NCBI GenBank assembly: GCA_964622925.1
Contig: CAZUSL010000181.1
Span: forward strand, 785-64,784
Source of the DNA: an uncultured Pseudohongiella sp.
GTDB taxonomy: Bacteria; Pseudomonadota; Gammaproteobacteria; Pseudomonadales; Pseudohongiellaceae
Length of the DNA: 64,000 bases
Direction: 5' to 3'
Shown: positions 8,066-18,029 of the stretch, in pieces
Layout: each line of letters begins with the position of its first letter
Position numbering within the stretch: the first letter of the stretch is position 1
Position numbers and translations under genes: made by a program
Notes under the pieces: model-generated
Told to the model about the DNA's origin: nothing
Seen by the model: only the letters and a program-made list of their open reading frames with translations
Databases searched by the model: none

Positions 8066-11023
8066 GTGGGTGTCAGGTTTTATGCAAAGTCGCCGCTGGC
8101 CGCGGCGGTGTCGCTCGCATTGGCCGGCGGAGCGGCGTATGGACAACAGGCGGAACCGGGAGCACAACAGATCGAACAGATCGTGGTAACCGGCATTCGC
8201 CAGAGTTTGAGAGCGTCGATGGACCTGAAGCGGAACACGGATGGGGTCGTCGACGCAATCACCGCCGAGGACATCGGCGACTTTCCTGACAGCAACCTTG
8301 CTGAATCCTTGCAGCGGATCACGGGAGTCTCCATCGACCGTGAACGCGGCGAAGGCGCGCGGGTAACGGTTCGCGGCTTTGGCCCGGACTTCAATCTCGT
8401 CCTGCTTAACGGCAGGCAGATGCCGACGACGAGCGGGCTGGGCCGATCCTTCGACTTCGGCGATCTCGCCTCCGAAGGCATCTCCGCGGTGGAAGTCTAC
8501 AAGAGCGGCCAGGCCGACGTGCCCACCGGCGGCATCGGTTCCACCCTGAACATCCGCACCACGCGGCCGCTGGATGCTCCGGGCAGGAACTTCACCGCGG
8601 CATTGAGCGGACTGAACGATCAATCCACCGAAACCGGCGACAGCCTGACTCCCGAAATGTCCGCGCTGTTTTCCGACACCTTCGCCGACGATACCGTCGG
8701 AATCGCGCTCAGCGCGGTTCGCCAGGAGCGGAACAACGGCGCCGGTACCGTGAGCGTCGGCGGCTGGCGCACTTTCCCGGGCGAAACCGACAACTGCAGG
8801 TGCGGCATCGGACCGTCCGAATGGGGCGGCATTCCTCCTCATACCGACCCCAACCAGCAGAACCGGCCCGGTCAAGGCGACCTGTATTCCGTGCCCCAGT
8901 CCATTGGTTATGAAATGGCCGAATGGGATCGGATCCGCACCAATGGCCAGCTTACCTTGCAGTTCCGCCCGGCCGACAATCTGACGGCTACGCTCGATTA
9001 CACATATTCCGAGCTGGAACTTTCCCGCTCTTACAGCAATCTGTCGGCCTGGTTCAATTTCGGCGGCCAGGAAACGCTCTGGACCGACGGTCCCCAGGCC
9101 AGCCCGCTGATCTACACCGAGAATTCATCCAATTCCGACTTCTCGATGGGCGGCGGCGAGGATGCCTGGCGCACCCAGAACGGCTCCACCGGGCTGAACC
9201 TGGTCTGGGACGTATCCGACAGGTTGACGATGGAATTCGACTACCACGATTCCGACGCCAAGCGTTCGCCCAACAGCCCTTTTGGCGACTCGGCCCTGCT
9301 GTCGACCGCTGCTTTCACCCGCGACCGGACCACGGGCTATTTCGGCAACGATCTGCCGATTCTCGAACTCGGACTGAACGACCCGCTGTCGCCCGACGAC
9401 ATGATCGTCACCGGCAGCGTGTTTACCAACAACCTGTCGAAGATGGACATCAACCAGACGACGGCGTCGGGCACCTATAACCTCGACCTTGATTTCGTCG
9501 AGTCAATCGATTTCGGCATTCAGCTCACCGAAGTGAACAACCGCTCGGCGGGTTCGGTCGTGCAACGCGACGCCTGGGGCGGCGTTACCCAGCGCGGGGC
9601 GATCGCCGACCTGCTGACGCCGGCGTCGTCCGCGAGCGCTTTCGAGAACATTCCCGGCGGCGGCGACCCGCGCCGGCAGACACAGTTCTACACCTTCGAC
9701 ATGTCCGACCTCGTCGCCAGAACCGAGCAGCTCCTGAGTTCGGGCGAGGCGAGTCCATTCTCCGCGCCTCACAGCGGCGACTGTTTCTCGGATCTATGTT
9801 CGTCGAGCAATTTCAATTCCGACCGGCGCACCCAGGAAGAGTCGCTGGCGGTGTACTTCCAGGCTCACATGGCCACCGAACTCGGCGATGTTCCCCTGGA
9901 TATCCGGTTCGGCATGCGTTACGAGGAAACGGACATCGCCTCCCAGGCGCTGTCCCCTGCTTTCACCGGGATCAATTGGGTAGCCGGCAATGAATTGTCG
10001 GCGGTGCAAGGCGCTCCGGATTTCACTTCTCTGGAAGGCAACTATGGAATCGTCTTGCCGAACCTGGATCTGAAGTTCGACCTGACGCCGGATCTGGTAG
10101 CGCGGGCTTCCATCAGCAGAACGCTGACGCGGCCGAACTACGACGATATCCAGGGCGGCCAGACTATCAACCAGTTGCTGCGAATCGACGGCGGCACGGG
10201 TAATCGCGGAAACCCGAACCTGTTGCCCTTCGATTCCCTGAACCGGGACGTTTCCGTGGAGTGGTATTACGCCGAAGACAGCTACGCTGCGGTCGGCTAC
10301 TTCCTCAAGGACGTGGAGAACTTCAGCGGTACCTCGTCGGTGGTTGAGGAAACCTTCGGTCTGCCGCACCCCACGCTTGGCCCCCTCGGTCAGGAAGCAC
10401 GGGCTGCCACGGGCAGTTCCGACGGCGGTACACTTTACGGCTGGATTCTGGAGAATCGCGCCGACGCACAGGGCGTCAACGCCGAAACCGGCGTCATCTC
10501 CGGTGTAGCGGGACGCGACCCGGCGTCGCCTTTCAACCTCACGGTGCCAGTCAACATCGAGCAGGCCCAGATGGAAGGCTGGGAAGTTGTGGTGCAGCAC
10601 AATTTCGGCGATACCGGTTTCGGCCTGATTGCCAACGCCACCATCGTCGATGCCGACGTGGGCTACGACAACTTCAGCCTCGCCCAGCAATTCGTATTGA
10701 CCGGACTGAGCGACTCGGCGAACTTCATCGCCTTCTACGACCAGAACGACATCAGCGTGCGGCTGGCCTACAACTGGCGAGACGATTTTCTCGCCGGCAC
10801 CGGCCAGGCCAACGTGGGCGCCGGGCCACCCACCTACGTCGCGGCGTATCAGCAGGTCGATGTCAGCGCGAGCTGGTGGGTGACCGAGAACTGGCAGGTT
10901 TTCGCGGACATCCTGAACCTGACCGACGAGACGACCCACGTCTACGGCAGGGACAAGAACCAGACGCTGTTCGCCGCCCAGTCGGGCCCGCGCTACAACA
11001 TCGGCTTCCGCTACAAGTTGTAA
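8066..11023 (+). CDS. TonB-dependent receptor (carbohydrate-utilisation type)
   Basis: GTG 8066 is preceded by GGAGGAGAG (the ORF-track start 8048 is also possible). There is a signal peptide ending AAYGQQ. The plug region is DAITAEDIGDFPDSNLAESLQRITGVSIDRERGEGARVTVRGFG..LLNGRQM, followed by a long beta-barrel. Confidence 0.93.
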   Translation: MGVRFYAKSPLAAAVSLALAGGAAYGQQAEPGAQQIEQIVVTGIRQSLRASMDLKRNTDGVVDAITAEDIGDFPDSNLAESLQRITGVSIDRERGEGARVTVRGFGPDFNLVLLNGRQMPTTSGLGRSFDFGDLASEGISAVEVYKSGQADVPTGGIGSTLNIRTTRPLDAPGRNFTAALSGLNDQSTETGDSLTPEMSALFSDTFADDTVGIALSAVRQERNNGAGTVSVGGWRTFPGETDNCRCGIGPSEWGGIPPHTDPNQQNRPGQGDLYSVPQSIGYEMAEWDRIRTNGQLTLQFRPADNLTATLDYTYSELELSRSYSNLSAWFNFGGQETLWTDGPQASPLIYTENSSNSDFSMGGGEDAWRTQNGSTGLNLVWDVSDRLTMEFDYHDSDAKRSPNSPFGDSALLSTAAFTRDRTTGYFGNDLPILELGLNDPLSPDDMIVTGSVFTNNLSKMDINQTTASGTYNLDLDFVESIDFGIQLTEVNNRSAGSVVQRDAWGGVTQRGAIADLLTPASSASAFENIPGGGDPRRQTQFYTFDMSDLVARTEQLLSSGEASPFSAPHSGDCFSDLCSSSNFNSDRRTQEESLAVYFQAHMATELGDVPLDIRFGMRYEETDIASQALSPAFTGINWVAGNELSAVQGAPDFTSLEGNYGIVLPNLDLKFDLTPDLVARASISRTLTRPNYDDIQGGQTINQLLRIDGGTGNRGNPNLLPFDSLNRDVSVEWYYAEDSYAAVGYFLKDVENFSGTSSVVEETFGLPHPTLGPLGQEARAATGSSDGGTLYGWILENRADAQGVNAETGVISGVAGRDPASPFNLTVPVNIEQAQMEGWEVVVQHNFGDTGFGLIANATIVDADVGYDNFSLAQQFVLTGLSDSANFIAFYDQNDISVRLAYNWRDDFLAGTGQANVGAGPPTYVAAYQQVDVSASWWVTENWQVFADILNLTDETTHVYGRDKNQTLFAAQSGPRYNIGFRYKL

Positions 11024-11042
11024 GTGCTGATTGCGCACCAGG

Positions 11043-11072
11043 AAAGGCTGCCCTCCGGGGCAGCCTTTTTTG
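11043..11072 (+). terminator. Rho-independent terminator after the TBDR gene
   Basis: AAAGGCTGCCC, loop TCCG, GGGCAGCCTTT: a perfect 11-bp stem followed by a T-run. Confidence 0.8.
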
Positions 11073-11106
11073 TATCATCGGTCCCCCAGGCAGGATTGGT
11101 GGTGTG

Positions 11107-12666
11107 ATGAATCGGCCAACGCGGAGAGTCGTCATCGTGGGTGGCGGTACAGCGGGCTGGATCACCGCTTGCGTGATCGCGGCCGAATCCCTGAAACGCG
11201 GGGACGACGCGGCCGAAGTCGTGTTGATCGAATCTCCCGATATCCCCATCATCGGCGTGGGCGAAGGCACCTGGCCTTCGATGCGCACGACGCTCCAGCG
11301 CATCGGCCTCGCCGAGGACGAGCTCATTCGCGAATGCAGCGCCAGCTTCAAGCAGGGCACCCGTTTTCGCGCCTGGTCGGGACTGCCCGGGAATCCGGAA
11401 TACATCCACCCTTTCAGCCTGCCGCTGGAATACTCCGATCTCAATCCCGCGAAATTCTGGCTCGCCCACGGCTCCAGCACGGCTTTTGCCGACCTGGTCA
11501 CCCCCCAGGCGCGCGTGATCGAACTCGGGCTCGCGCCGAAACAGGCGGGCGCCCCGCAATACGCGTTCACCGTCAACTACGGTTATCACTTCGACGCCGG
11601 CGCGTTCGCCGGATTGCTGCATCGGCACGCTGTCGGGAAACTCGGCGTGCAATACATCGCCGGCAACGTCGAAGGCATCGAGTCGGACGCGGATGGGGAC
11701 ATCGCCGCGGTCGCTCTCGACACCGGCGAACGCGTGCCGGGTGACCTGTTCGTCGATTGCACCGGCCAGAAAGCGCTGCTGATCGGCGCGCATTACGGGA
11801 GTCCGCTTGTCTCGGTCAAGGATGTGCTGTTCAACGACAGGGCCATCGCGGTGCAGGTTCCCTATGCCGGACCCGGCGATCCGATCGCTCCCGTGACCTT
11901 GTCGACGGCGAAGGCGCATGGCTGGATCTGGGATATCGGCCTCAGCAGCCGCCGCGGCGTCGGCTACGTTCATTCGAGCGCTCATGCCGATGAGGAAACA
12001 GCCCTTGAAGCGCTGCAGGCCTATGTCGCGGAGACTTCTCCGGGCATCGATCTTGCGGGTCTCAGCTATCGGACGATTCCCTTCGAGCCGGGCTATCGCG
12101 AACGCTTCTGGATCAGAAACTGCGTCGCGGTGGGACTGTCGGCGGGTTTTGTTGAACCTCTCGAAGCCTCGGCCCTCGTGCTGATCGAACAATCGGCGGC
12201 CATCATCGGCGAACAATTGCCGCGCGACCGGGAAATCATGGATGTCGTCGCCGGACGATTCAACGACAAGATGCGCTACCATTGGCTGCGAATCGTCGAG
12301 TTTCTCAAGTTGCATTACGCGGTCAGCGCACGCGAGGACAGCGACTACTGGAGGGAAAACCGGGCGCGGGAAACCTGGCCCGAAAGCCTGCGCGAAAAAA
12401 TCACGCTATGGCAGCAACAGCCGCCCTGGCATGACGACGCGCCCCGGCTCGACGAGTTGTTTCCTTCCGCGAGTTATCAATACGTACTCTACGGAATGGG
12501 TTTCAGACCGCGCTATTGCGCGACCGCCGAAGCGCAGGACGAGCGGATGCGCAAGCGGGCGGACGAAGTTTTTCATGGCGTGCAGATAAAAGCCCAGCAA
12601 ATGGCGCGCCTGCTGCCGGAGACGAGAGAACTCATCAACGCCATCACGAATCGTGCTGCTGCATAG
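11107..12666 (+). CDS. Tryptophan-halogenase-family flavoprotein (paralogue 1)
   Basis: ATG 11107. N-terminal VVIVGGGTAGW FAD fold, with later GYHFDA and FVEPLEASA segments typical of the family found next to TBDR genes. Confidence 0.85.
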   Translation: MNRPTRRVVIVGGGTAGWITACVIAAESLKRGDDAAEVVLIESPDIPIIGVGEGTWPSMRTTLQRIGLAEDELIRECSASFKQGTRFRAWSGLPGNPEYIHPFSLPLEYSDLNPAKFWLAHGSSTAFADLVTPQARVIELGLAPKQAGAPQYAFTVNYGYHFDAGAFAGLLHRHAVGKLGVQYIAGNVEGIESDADGDIAAVALDTGERVPGDLFVDCTGQKALLIGAHYGSPLVSVKDVLFNDRAIAVQVPYAGPGDPIAPVTLSTAKAHGWIWDIGLSSRRGVGYVHSSAHADEETALEALQAYVAETSPGIDLAGLSYRTIPFEPGYRERFWIRNCVAVGLSAGFVEPLEASALVLIEQSAAIIGEQLPRDREIMDVVAGRFNDKMRYHWLRIVEFLKLHYAVSAREDSDYWRENRARETWPESLREKITLWQQQPPWHDDAPRLDELFPSASYQYVLYGMGFRPRYCATAEAQDERMRKRADEVFHGVQIKAQQMARLLPETRELINAITNRAAA

Positions 12667-12672
12667 ACAACC

Positions 12673-13434
12673 ATGCCGAATTACGCGCTGCTCAATAACG
12701 TCAACCACGCCGAGGTCAGGATCATCACCGACCGCGCTGCCCGTTACGGCGACAGCATCATGCAGGCGCCGGTGTTTCCCTTCGAGTTCCGCAACGCGCA
12801 GGCCTGTTATCCGATCCTGTTCCGGCAGGATAGCGCGGGCGATTTCTCTCCGCTGGCGCTGTTCGGATTCGAGCAGGGAGAAAACCTGTTTCTCGACGAT
12901 TCCGGCTGGCAGGCGCCCTACATACCCGCCATGGTGCGCCGCGAGCCCTTTCTGATCGGATACCAGGAATCGGGCAGCGAGGGCGAACCCTTGCGCACCC
13001 GGGTGCTGTCGATCGACATGGACCATCTCAGGGTCAATACCGAACATGGCGAGCCGTTGTTTCAGCCACTGGGCGGCCGCACGCCTTATCTCGAAAACGT
13101 TGCCGATCTGCTGGAATCGATCTGGCTCGGCCTCGAACACAGCAAGACTTTTGTCGGCGCCATGCAAAGACACGATCTGATCGAATCGATGACGCTCGAA
13201 ATCGAATTGAAGGACGGCTCGCGCAACCAGTTGATCGGCTTCCATTGCCTGAACGAGGAGAAGATCCAGGGGCTGTCCCCGGAGGCGCTTGGAGAATTGA
13301 ACGCCAACGGTTTTCTCATGCCGATGTACATGGTGGTCGCTTCCATGGGCAATCTGCAGGCGCTCGCCGAACGAAAGAACGCGAATCTGGGTGAAAGCGG
13401 CGATGCGCGCGAAAGAGCTGAGCCCGATGTCTGA
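12673..13434 (+). CDS. SapC family protein
   Basis: 253 aa. The N-terminus ..LNNVNHAEVRI..PVFPFEFRNAQACYPILF and its position between halogenase-like genes in a TBDR locus match SapC-family proteins (recognised from memory). Confidence 0.75.
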   Translation: MPNYALLNNVNHAEVRIITDRAARYGDSIMQAPVFPFEFRNAQACYPILFRQDSAGDFSPLALFGFEQGENLFLDDSGWQAPYIPAMVRREPFLIGYQESGSEGEPLRTRVLSIDMDHLRVNTEHGEPLFQPLGGRTPYLENVADLLESIWLGLEHSKTFVGAMQRHDLIESMTLEIELKDGSRNQLIGFHCLNEEKIQGLSPEALGELNANGFLMPMYMVVASMGNLQALAERKNANLGESGDARERAEPDV

Positions 13435-14434
13435 GCCGGCGCCCGTCGAATGCCTCGATTGCGCCGGCGGCGCGATTCCGCGGCAGGTGTTCTCTTCGAC
13501 CGAACCGGTATTGCTCAAGGGACTCGTGAGCGGCTGGCCCGCGGTCGCAGGGTGCGGCGGATCGATTCCCGACGCCGCTCGCTATCTCTCTCAGTTCTGG
13601 CGCGAAGAGCCGGTCACGGTATACGCGGGAGATTCCTCGATAGACGGCAGATTTTTCTACAACGAGGATTTCACCGGATTCAACTTCGTCGCCGGCAAGG
13701 CCAGCCTGCCGCAGGTCTTCGCCAAGCTCGCCGAACCCGACCGCGAAGAGCGCCTGTCGACGCTGTATATCGGCTCGACTCCCATCGACAAGTGGATGCC
13801 CGGTTTTCGGGCGCAGAACGATGTGCAATTGCCTACCGAGGACGCGCTGGCGAGTTTCTGGCTCGGCAACCGGACCCGGGTGTCGGCGCATTACGATTTT
13901 CCCGACAACGTCGCCTGCGTGGTGGCCGGCGAGCGTCGCTTCACGCTGTTCCCGCCGGAGCAGATCGGCAATCTGTATGTCGGCCCCATCGACAAGACGC
14001 CTTCGGGCCAGGCGATCAGCCTGGTCGACGTAAAAAATCCCGATCTGGAGCGTTTCCCGAAATTCGCCGAGGCTCTCAAGCACGCGCGGACCGCCTTGCT
14101 CGAGCCGGGCGATGCGATCTTCATCCCGAGCATGTGGTGGCATCACGTCGAGTCGCGGGAAGAATTCAACATGCTGATCAACTATTGGTGGTGCAATTCG
14201 CCGGGTTTCATGGGTTCGCCCACCAATGCGCTGATGCACGCGATCCTCGCCTTGCGCGACCTGCCGCCGCGCCAGCGCGAACTCTGGCAGGGAGTATTCA
14301 ATCATTACGTCTTCGACGCCGACGAGTCGGTGTACGAGCACATTCCGGAGCCGGGCAGGGGCTGCCTGGCGCCGCTCGACGAAACCAGGGCCAGGCAATT
14401 GCACGCCGATCTGCTCAACCGGCTCAATCGTTAG
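13427..14434 (+). CDS. Cupin-like (JmjC/cupin_8) domain protein
   Basis: ATG 13427 overlaps the SapC stop by 8 nt (alternative GTG 13391). The segments SAHYDFPDNVACVVAGERRFTLFPP and GDAIFIPSMWWHHVES indicate a cupin/JmjC-like fold. Confidence 0.8.
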   Translation: MSEPAPVECLDCAGGAIPRQVFSSTEPVLLKGLVSGWPAVAGCGGSIPDAARYLSQFWREEPVTVYAGDSSIDGRFFYNEDFTGFNFVAGKASLPQVFAKLAEPDREERLSTLYIGSTPIDKWMPGFRAQNDVQLPTEDALASFWLGNRTRVSAHYDFPDNVACVVAGERRFTLFPPEQIGNLYVGPIDKTPSGQAISLVDVKNPDLERFPKFAEALKHARTALLEPGDAIFIPSMWWHHVESREEFNMLINYWWCNSPGFMGSPTNALMHAILALRDLPPRQRELWQGVFNHYVFDADESVYEHIPEPGRGCLAPLDETRARQLHADLLNRLNR

Positions 14435-14474
14435 GGGATATTCAAGAACGCCGCCGTTCCCGGAGAGAACATCC

Positions 14475-15965
14475 ATGCAAAATCGCAAGATTCACAAGAT
14501 CGTCATCGCCGGCGGCGGCACCGCGGGCTGGATGGCCGCCGCGGCCCTGTCGCGGCTGCTCGGCAAGACCCTGAGCATCACCCTGGTGGAATCCGAAGAG
14601 ATCGGCACGGTCGGCGTCGGCGAAGCGACCATCCCTACCCTGATCACCTATCACGATCTGATCAAGGTCAAGGAGCAGGATTTTCTCAAGGCGACCCAGG
14701 GCACCTTCAAGCTCGGCATCAAGTTCGAAAGCTGGCGCGACGTAAACGAGGACTACATCCATTCCTTCGGCTGGACCGGCAAGGACAGTTGGGCGGCTGG
14801 ATTCCAGCATTTCTGGCTCAAGGGCCTGAAGATGGGCATCGCCCGCGAGTTCGGCGAATATTGCAACGAATGGGCCGCCGCGGTGCGGAACAAGTTCGCG
14901 GTGATGCCGAGCCTGGGCCTGAACTACGCCTATCACATAGACGCTTCGCTCTATGCGAAATTCCTGCGCGGCATCGCCGAGGAACACGGCGCGGTGCGGC
15001 AGGAAGGCAAGATCGAATTCGTCGAGCAGGATCCGGACAGCGGATATATCACCGCGATCCGCCTGCAATCGGGGCAGGTCATCGAAGGCGATCTGTTCAT
15101 CGATTGCACGGGTTTTCGCGGCTTGCTGATCGAGCAGACGCTCAACGCCGGCTACAACGACTGGAAGCACTGGCTGCCCTGCGACAGCGCCGTCGCCTTG
15201 CAGACCGAATCGGTCGAAGAGCCGATCCCCTACACGCGCTCGATCGCCCGCGAAGCCGGCTGGCAATGGCGCATTCCCTTGCAGCATCGCGTCGGCAACG
15301 GCGTGGTCTTCAGCAGCCGGCACTGGAGCCCCGACGAGGCGATCGGAAAGTTGCTCGAAAACGTCGAAGGCAAGGTGCTTACCGAACCGCGCGTGATCCG
15401 TTTCAATGCCGGCCAGCGGCGCAGGCACTGGTACAAGAACTGCGTCGCCATGGGCCTGTCGTCGGGCTTCATCGAGCCCCTGGAGTCGACTAGCATCCAC
15501 CTGATCCAGCGCTCGATCATCCGCCTGATGCAGATGTTCCCTTACGACGGCATCCGAGAGCCGGACGTCGAGGAATTCAACAACCAGATGAAGTTCGAGA
15601 TCGACAACGTGCGCGATTTCATCATCCTGCATTACCACGCCACCAATCGCACCGACACCCGCTTCTGGCGTCAGTGCCGCAACATGGACATCCCCGATTC
15701 GCTGAAACATCGCATCGAGTTGTTCAAGCAGGCGGGGCGCGTGTTCAAGATACCGACCGAACTGTTCGGCGAGAATTCATGGATCCAGGTAATGCTGGGC
15801 CAGGGACTGCTGCCGGAGCAATATCACCCGATCGTCAACATGATGAGCGAGGAGGAACTGGACCGATTCCTGACCTCGATCCACGGCTCGGTCGAGAAAC
15901 TGGTCGGCCAGCTTCCCTCGCATCAGCAATTCATCGACCACTATTGCAAGGCGCAACCCGTCTGA
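14475..15965 (+). CDS. Tryptophan-halogenase-family flavoprotein (paralogue 2)
   Basis: IVIAGGGTAGWMAA, GYAYHIDA-like and FIEPLESTS segments. It is collinear with 11107..12666. Confidence 0.85.
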   Translation: MQNRKIHKIVIAGGGTAGWMAAAALSRLLGKTLSITLVESEEIGTVGVGEATIPTLITYHDLIKVKEQDFLKATQGTFKLGIKFESWRDVNEDYIHSFGWTGKDSWAAGFQHFWLKGLKMGIAREFGEYCNEWAAAVRNKFAVMPSLGLNYAYHIDASLYAKFLRGIAEEHGAVRQEGKIEFVEQDPDSGYITAIRLQSGQVIEGDLFIDCTGFRGLLIEQTLNAGYNDWKHWLPCDSAVALQTESVEEPIPYTRSIAREAGWQWRIPLQHRVGNGVVFSSRHWSPDEAIGKLLENVEGKVLTEPRVIRFNAGQRRRHWYKNCVAMGLSSGFIEPLESTSIHLIQRSIIRLMQMFPYDGIREPDVEEFNNQMKFEIDNVRDFIILHYHATNRTDTRFWRQCRNMDIPDSLKHRIELFKQAGRVFKIPTELFGENSWIQVMLGQGLLPEQYHPIVNMMSEEELDRFLTSIHGSVEKLVGQLPSHQQFIDHYCKAQPV

Positions 15966-15981
15966 ATCTCGATCTGACTGC

Positions 15982-16797
15982 TCAAGTGGCAGGCAGCACC
16001 GGTGTCAGCATCGCCCGCCAGTCAGGCGCCAGGTCAGCCACTGCGATGAAATGGGGATTGCGCAAATCCTCTCCCTTGTTGTAGCGCAGCGGCCGGAAAC
16101 CGGTATCGAAGATTTCGCCGCCAGCGGCCGCGAGTACTGCATGGGCCGCGGCGGTGTCCCATTCGAATGTCGGCGCCAAGCGGGGATAGATGTCGGCCTT
16201 GCCTTCGGCGAGCAGGCAGATCTTCAGCGAACTGCCCATGTTGACCATCTCCACGGCGCCATACTCGGCTTCGAGCCGCCGCAGCACACGCTTCACATGC
16301 CGATCAAGATGGCTGCGGCTCGCCACCATTTTCAGCGGAGCATGATCGGATTTCGCCCCGGCGCTTATCGGGACCGGCTCGCTACCGGTATCCTGCCGAA
16401 AAGCGCCATGCCCGATTGCGCCCATATAGCTCACTCCACTGACCGGCACATGCACCACGCCAAGCTCGGCGATGCCATCGCCGACCAGCGCGATATTGAC
16501 CGTGAATTCGCCGTTACGCTTGACGAACTCCCGCGTACCGTCAAGCGGGTCCACGAGCCAATAGCGTTGCCATTGCCGCCGGGTCTCGTAAGTCGGCTGC
16601 GCCGATTCCTCAGAAAGGACCGGCAGCCGCGGTTCGAGTTCGGCCAGGCCGGCTTCGATGATCGCGTTCGCCCGCCGGTCCGCTTCGGTCAGCGGCGAAT
16701 CGTCGTCCTTGTATTGCACGGCAAGGCCGTCGGCGCTGTTATACACTTCCATGATCACCGCACCGGCTCGCCGCGCGATTGCTTCGATTTCCAACAT
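15982..16797 (-). CDS. cysQ: 3'(2'),5'-bisphosphate nucleotidase
   Basis: WLVDPLDGTREFVKRNGEFTVNIALV is the inositol-monophosphatase/CysQ motif. The start is chosen at MLEIEAIARRAGAVIMEVY, which parallels the E. coli CysQ N-terminus as I remember it. The ORF track extends to 16902. Confidence 0.85.
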   Translation of the reverse strand: MLEIEAIARRAGAVIMEVYNSADGLAVQYKDDDSPLTEADRRANAIIEAGLAELEPRLPVLSEESAQPTYETRRQWQRYWLVDPLDGTREFVKRNGEFTVNIALVGDGIAELGVVHVPVSGVSYMGAIGHGAFRQDTGSEPVPISAGAKSDHAPLKMVASRSHLDRHVKRVLRRLEAEYGAVEMVNMGSSLKICLLAEGKADIYPRLAPTFEWDTAAAHAVLAAAGGEIFDTGFRPLRYNKGEDLRNPHFIAVADLAPDWRAMLTPVLPAT

Positions 16798-16816
16798 TTC
16801 CGTCAATTCTGTACCC

Positions 16817-17497
16817 ATGCCTGTTCCAATCCCACTCTGGCCCGAGATCGACACCATCATGTTCGACATGGACGGCACCTTGCTCGACCTGCATTTTGAC
16901 AATTATTTCTGGCGCGTGCTTGTGCCCGAGTCCTATAGCGCCCGGCATGGCGTCAGCCCGCAAGCCGCGCAGGACCTGGTGCAACGGAAAACCGACGAAG
17001 TCTACGGTACGCTGAACTGGTATTGCCTTGACTACTGGGCGCGGGAACTCGATTTAGAAATTGCCGAGCTGAAGCGTACGATCACCAGCAAGATCAGCTT
17101 GCGCCCCAACGTAGAGCCTTTCCTGCGGGCGCTATGGTACACCGGCAAGCGCATGCTGCTGATCACCAACGCCCATCCGGCGAGTCTCGAGATCAAGATG
17201 AACAATGCCGAGATCGCCGCCTATTTCCATCGCTGCATCAGCGCCCACCAGTTGCACCTGTCCAAGGAAAGCCACGGCTTCTGGGAAAAACTGCAGGACC
17301 TGGAACCTTTCGATCCCGGGAGAACCATTCTTTTCGACGACTCATTGCCCGTACTGCGCCGCGCCAGACAGGAGGGCATCCGCCATGTCTACGGCATTCA
17401 CAAACCCGACAGCCGCCGCCCCGCGCTCGATCACGACGAGTTCCCCCTGGTCGAGGATTTCGGCGACCTGCTTCCCGGTTTCCGAAGTCGGATGTAA
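16817..17497 (+). CDS. yrfG: HAD-IA hydrolase, GMP/IMP nucleotidase YrfG-like
   Basis: ATG 16817. IDTIMFDMDGTLLDLHFDNYFWRVLVPE and LNWYCLDYW align with E. coli YrfG from memory. It is followed by hslR, as in E. coli. Confidence 0.8.
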   Translation: MPVPIPLWPEIDTIMFDMDGTLLDLHFDNYFWRVLVPESYSARHGVSPQAAQDLVQRKTDEVYGTLNWYCLDYWARELDLEIAELKRTITSKISLRPNVEPFLRALWYTGKRMLLITNAHPASLEIKMNNAEIAAYFHRCISAHQLHLSKESHGFWEKLQDLEPFDPGRTILFDDSLPVLRRARQEGIRHVYGIHKPDSRRPALDHDEFPLVEDFGDLLPGFRSRM

Positions 17498-17507
17498 GCT
17501 CAACTGC

Positions 17508-17906
17508 ATGAACCGGCCATCGAAATCGGCGGAAGACAACGTGCGGCTCGACAAATGGCTCTGGGCCGCACGCTTCTACAAGACCCGGGCGATCGCCCGC
17601 CAGGCCATCGAGGGCGGCAAGGTCCGCTGCGAGGGCATCCGCACCAAGCCCGGCAAGACCGTCGAGATCGGCATGACGATTCGCCTGCAACAGGGCGATC
17701 GGGAGCGAACCGTCATCGTCGAAGGCGTCCGCAACGACCGCCGTCCCGCCCCCGAAGCGCAACTGCTCTACCGAGAAACCGAGGAAAGCATCCGCCTGCG
17801 AGAGGAACTCGCTGACGAGCGCAAATCCCGTCCCGCCCACTGGCCCCCCGCGAGCCGTCCCACCAAGAAGCAGAGACGGGAGATCAGGAAATTCAAGGAA
17901 AAATAG
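17508..17906 (+). CDS. hslR: Ribosome-associated heat-shock protein Hsp15 (S4 RNA-binding domain)
   Basis: VRLDKWLWAARFYKTRAIARQAIEGGKVRCEG is an S4 motif, followed by a basic C-terminal tail. Confidence 0.85.
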   Translation: MNRPSKSAEDNVRLDKWLWAARFYKTRAIARQAIEGGKVRCEGIRTKPGKTVEIGMTIRLQQGDRERTVIVEGVRNDRRPAPEAQLLYRETEESIRLREELADERKSRPAHWPPASRPTKKQRREIRKFKEK

Positions 17907-18029
17907 AAATATCCCTTCAATTTCCGGAAACGTTTCGCCCGTGTTTTGAAGAGTGCGTGATTCAAAGACACGCATTGACCGGTTACACTCTTTCGGCATA
18001 GATTGACCAGCCTGTTTGGCCTGCCAATC

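Noticed and set aside
9794-12315. Two antisense ORFs (9794..11038, 11011..12315) opposite the TBDR and halogenase genes
   Set aside because: No motifs and GC-rich shadow frames. The sense-strand products are unambiguous.
12406-15710. Antisense ORFs 12406..13518, 13316..14488 and 14442..15710
   Set aside because: They lie opposite well-supported SapC, cupin and halogenase genes. Their composition-driven open frames show no recognisable domains.
16798-16902. 35-codon N-terminal extension of cysQ in the ORF track, and the 16658..16816 extension of yrfG
   Set aside because: The extensions overlap each other and lack similarity to the respective families. Homology starts at the internal Met codons.
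17954-17974. TGCGTG-N9-CACGCA hairpin after hslR
   Set aside because: It has a short stem and no following T-run, so it is not convincing as an intrinsic terminator.
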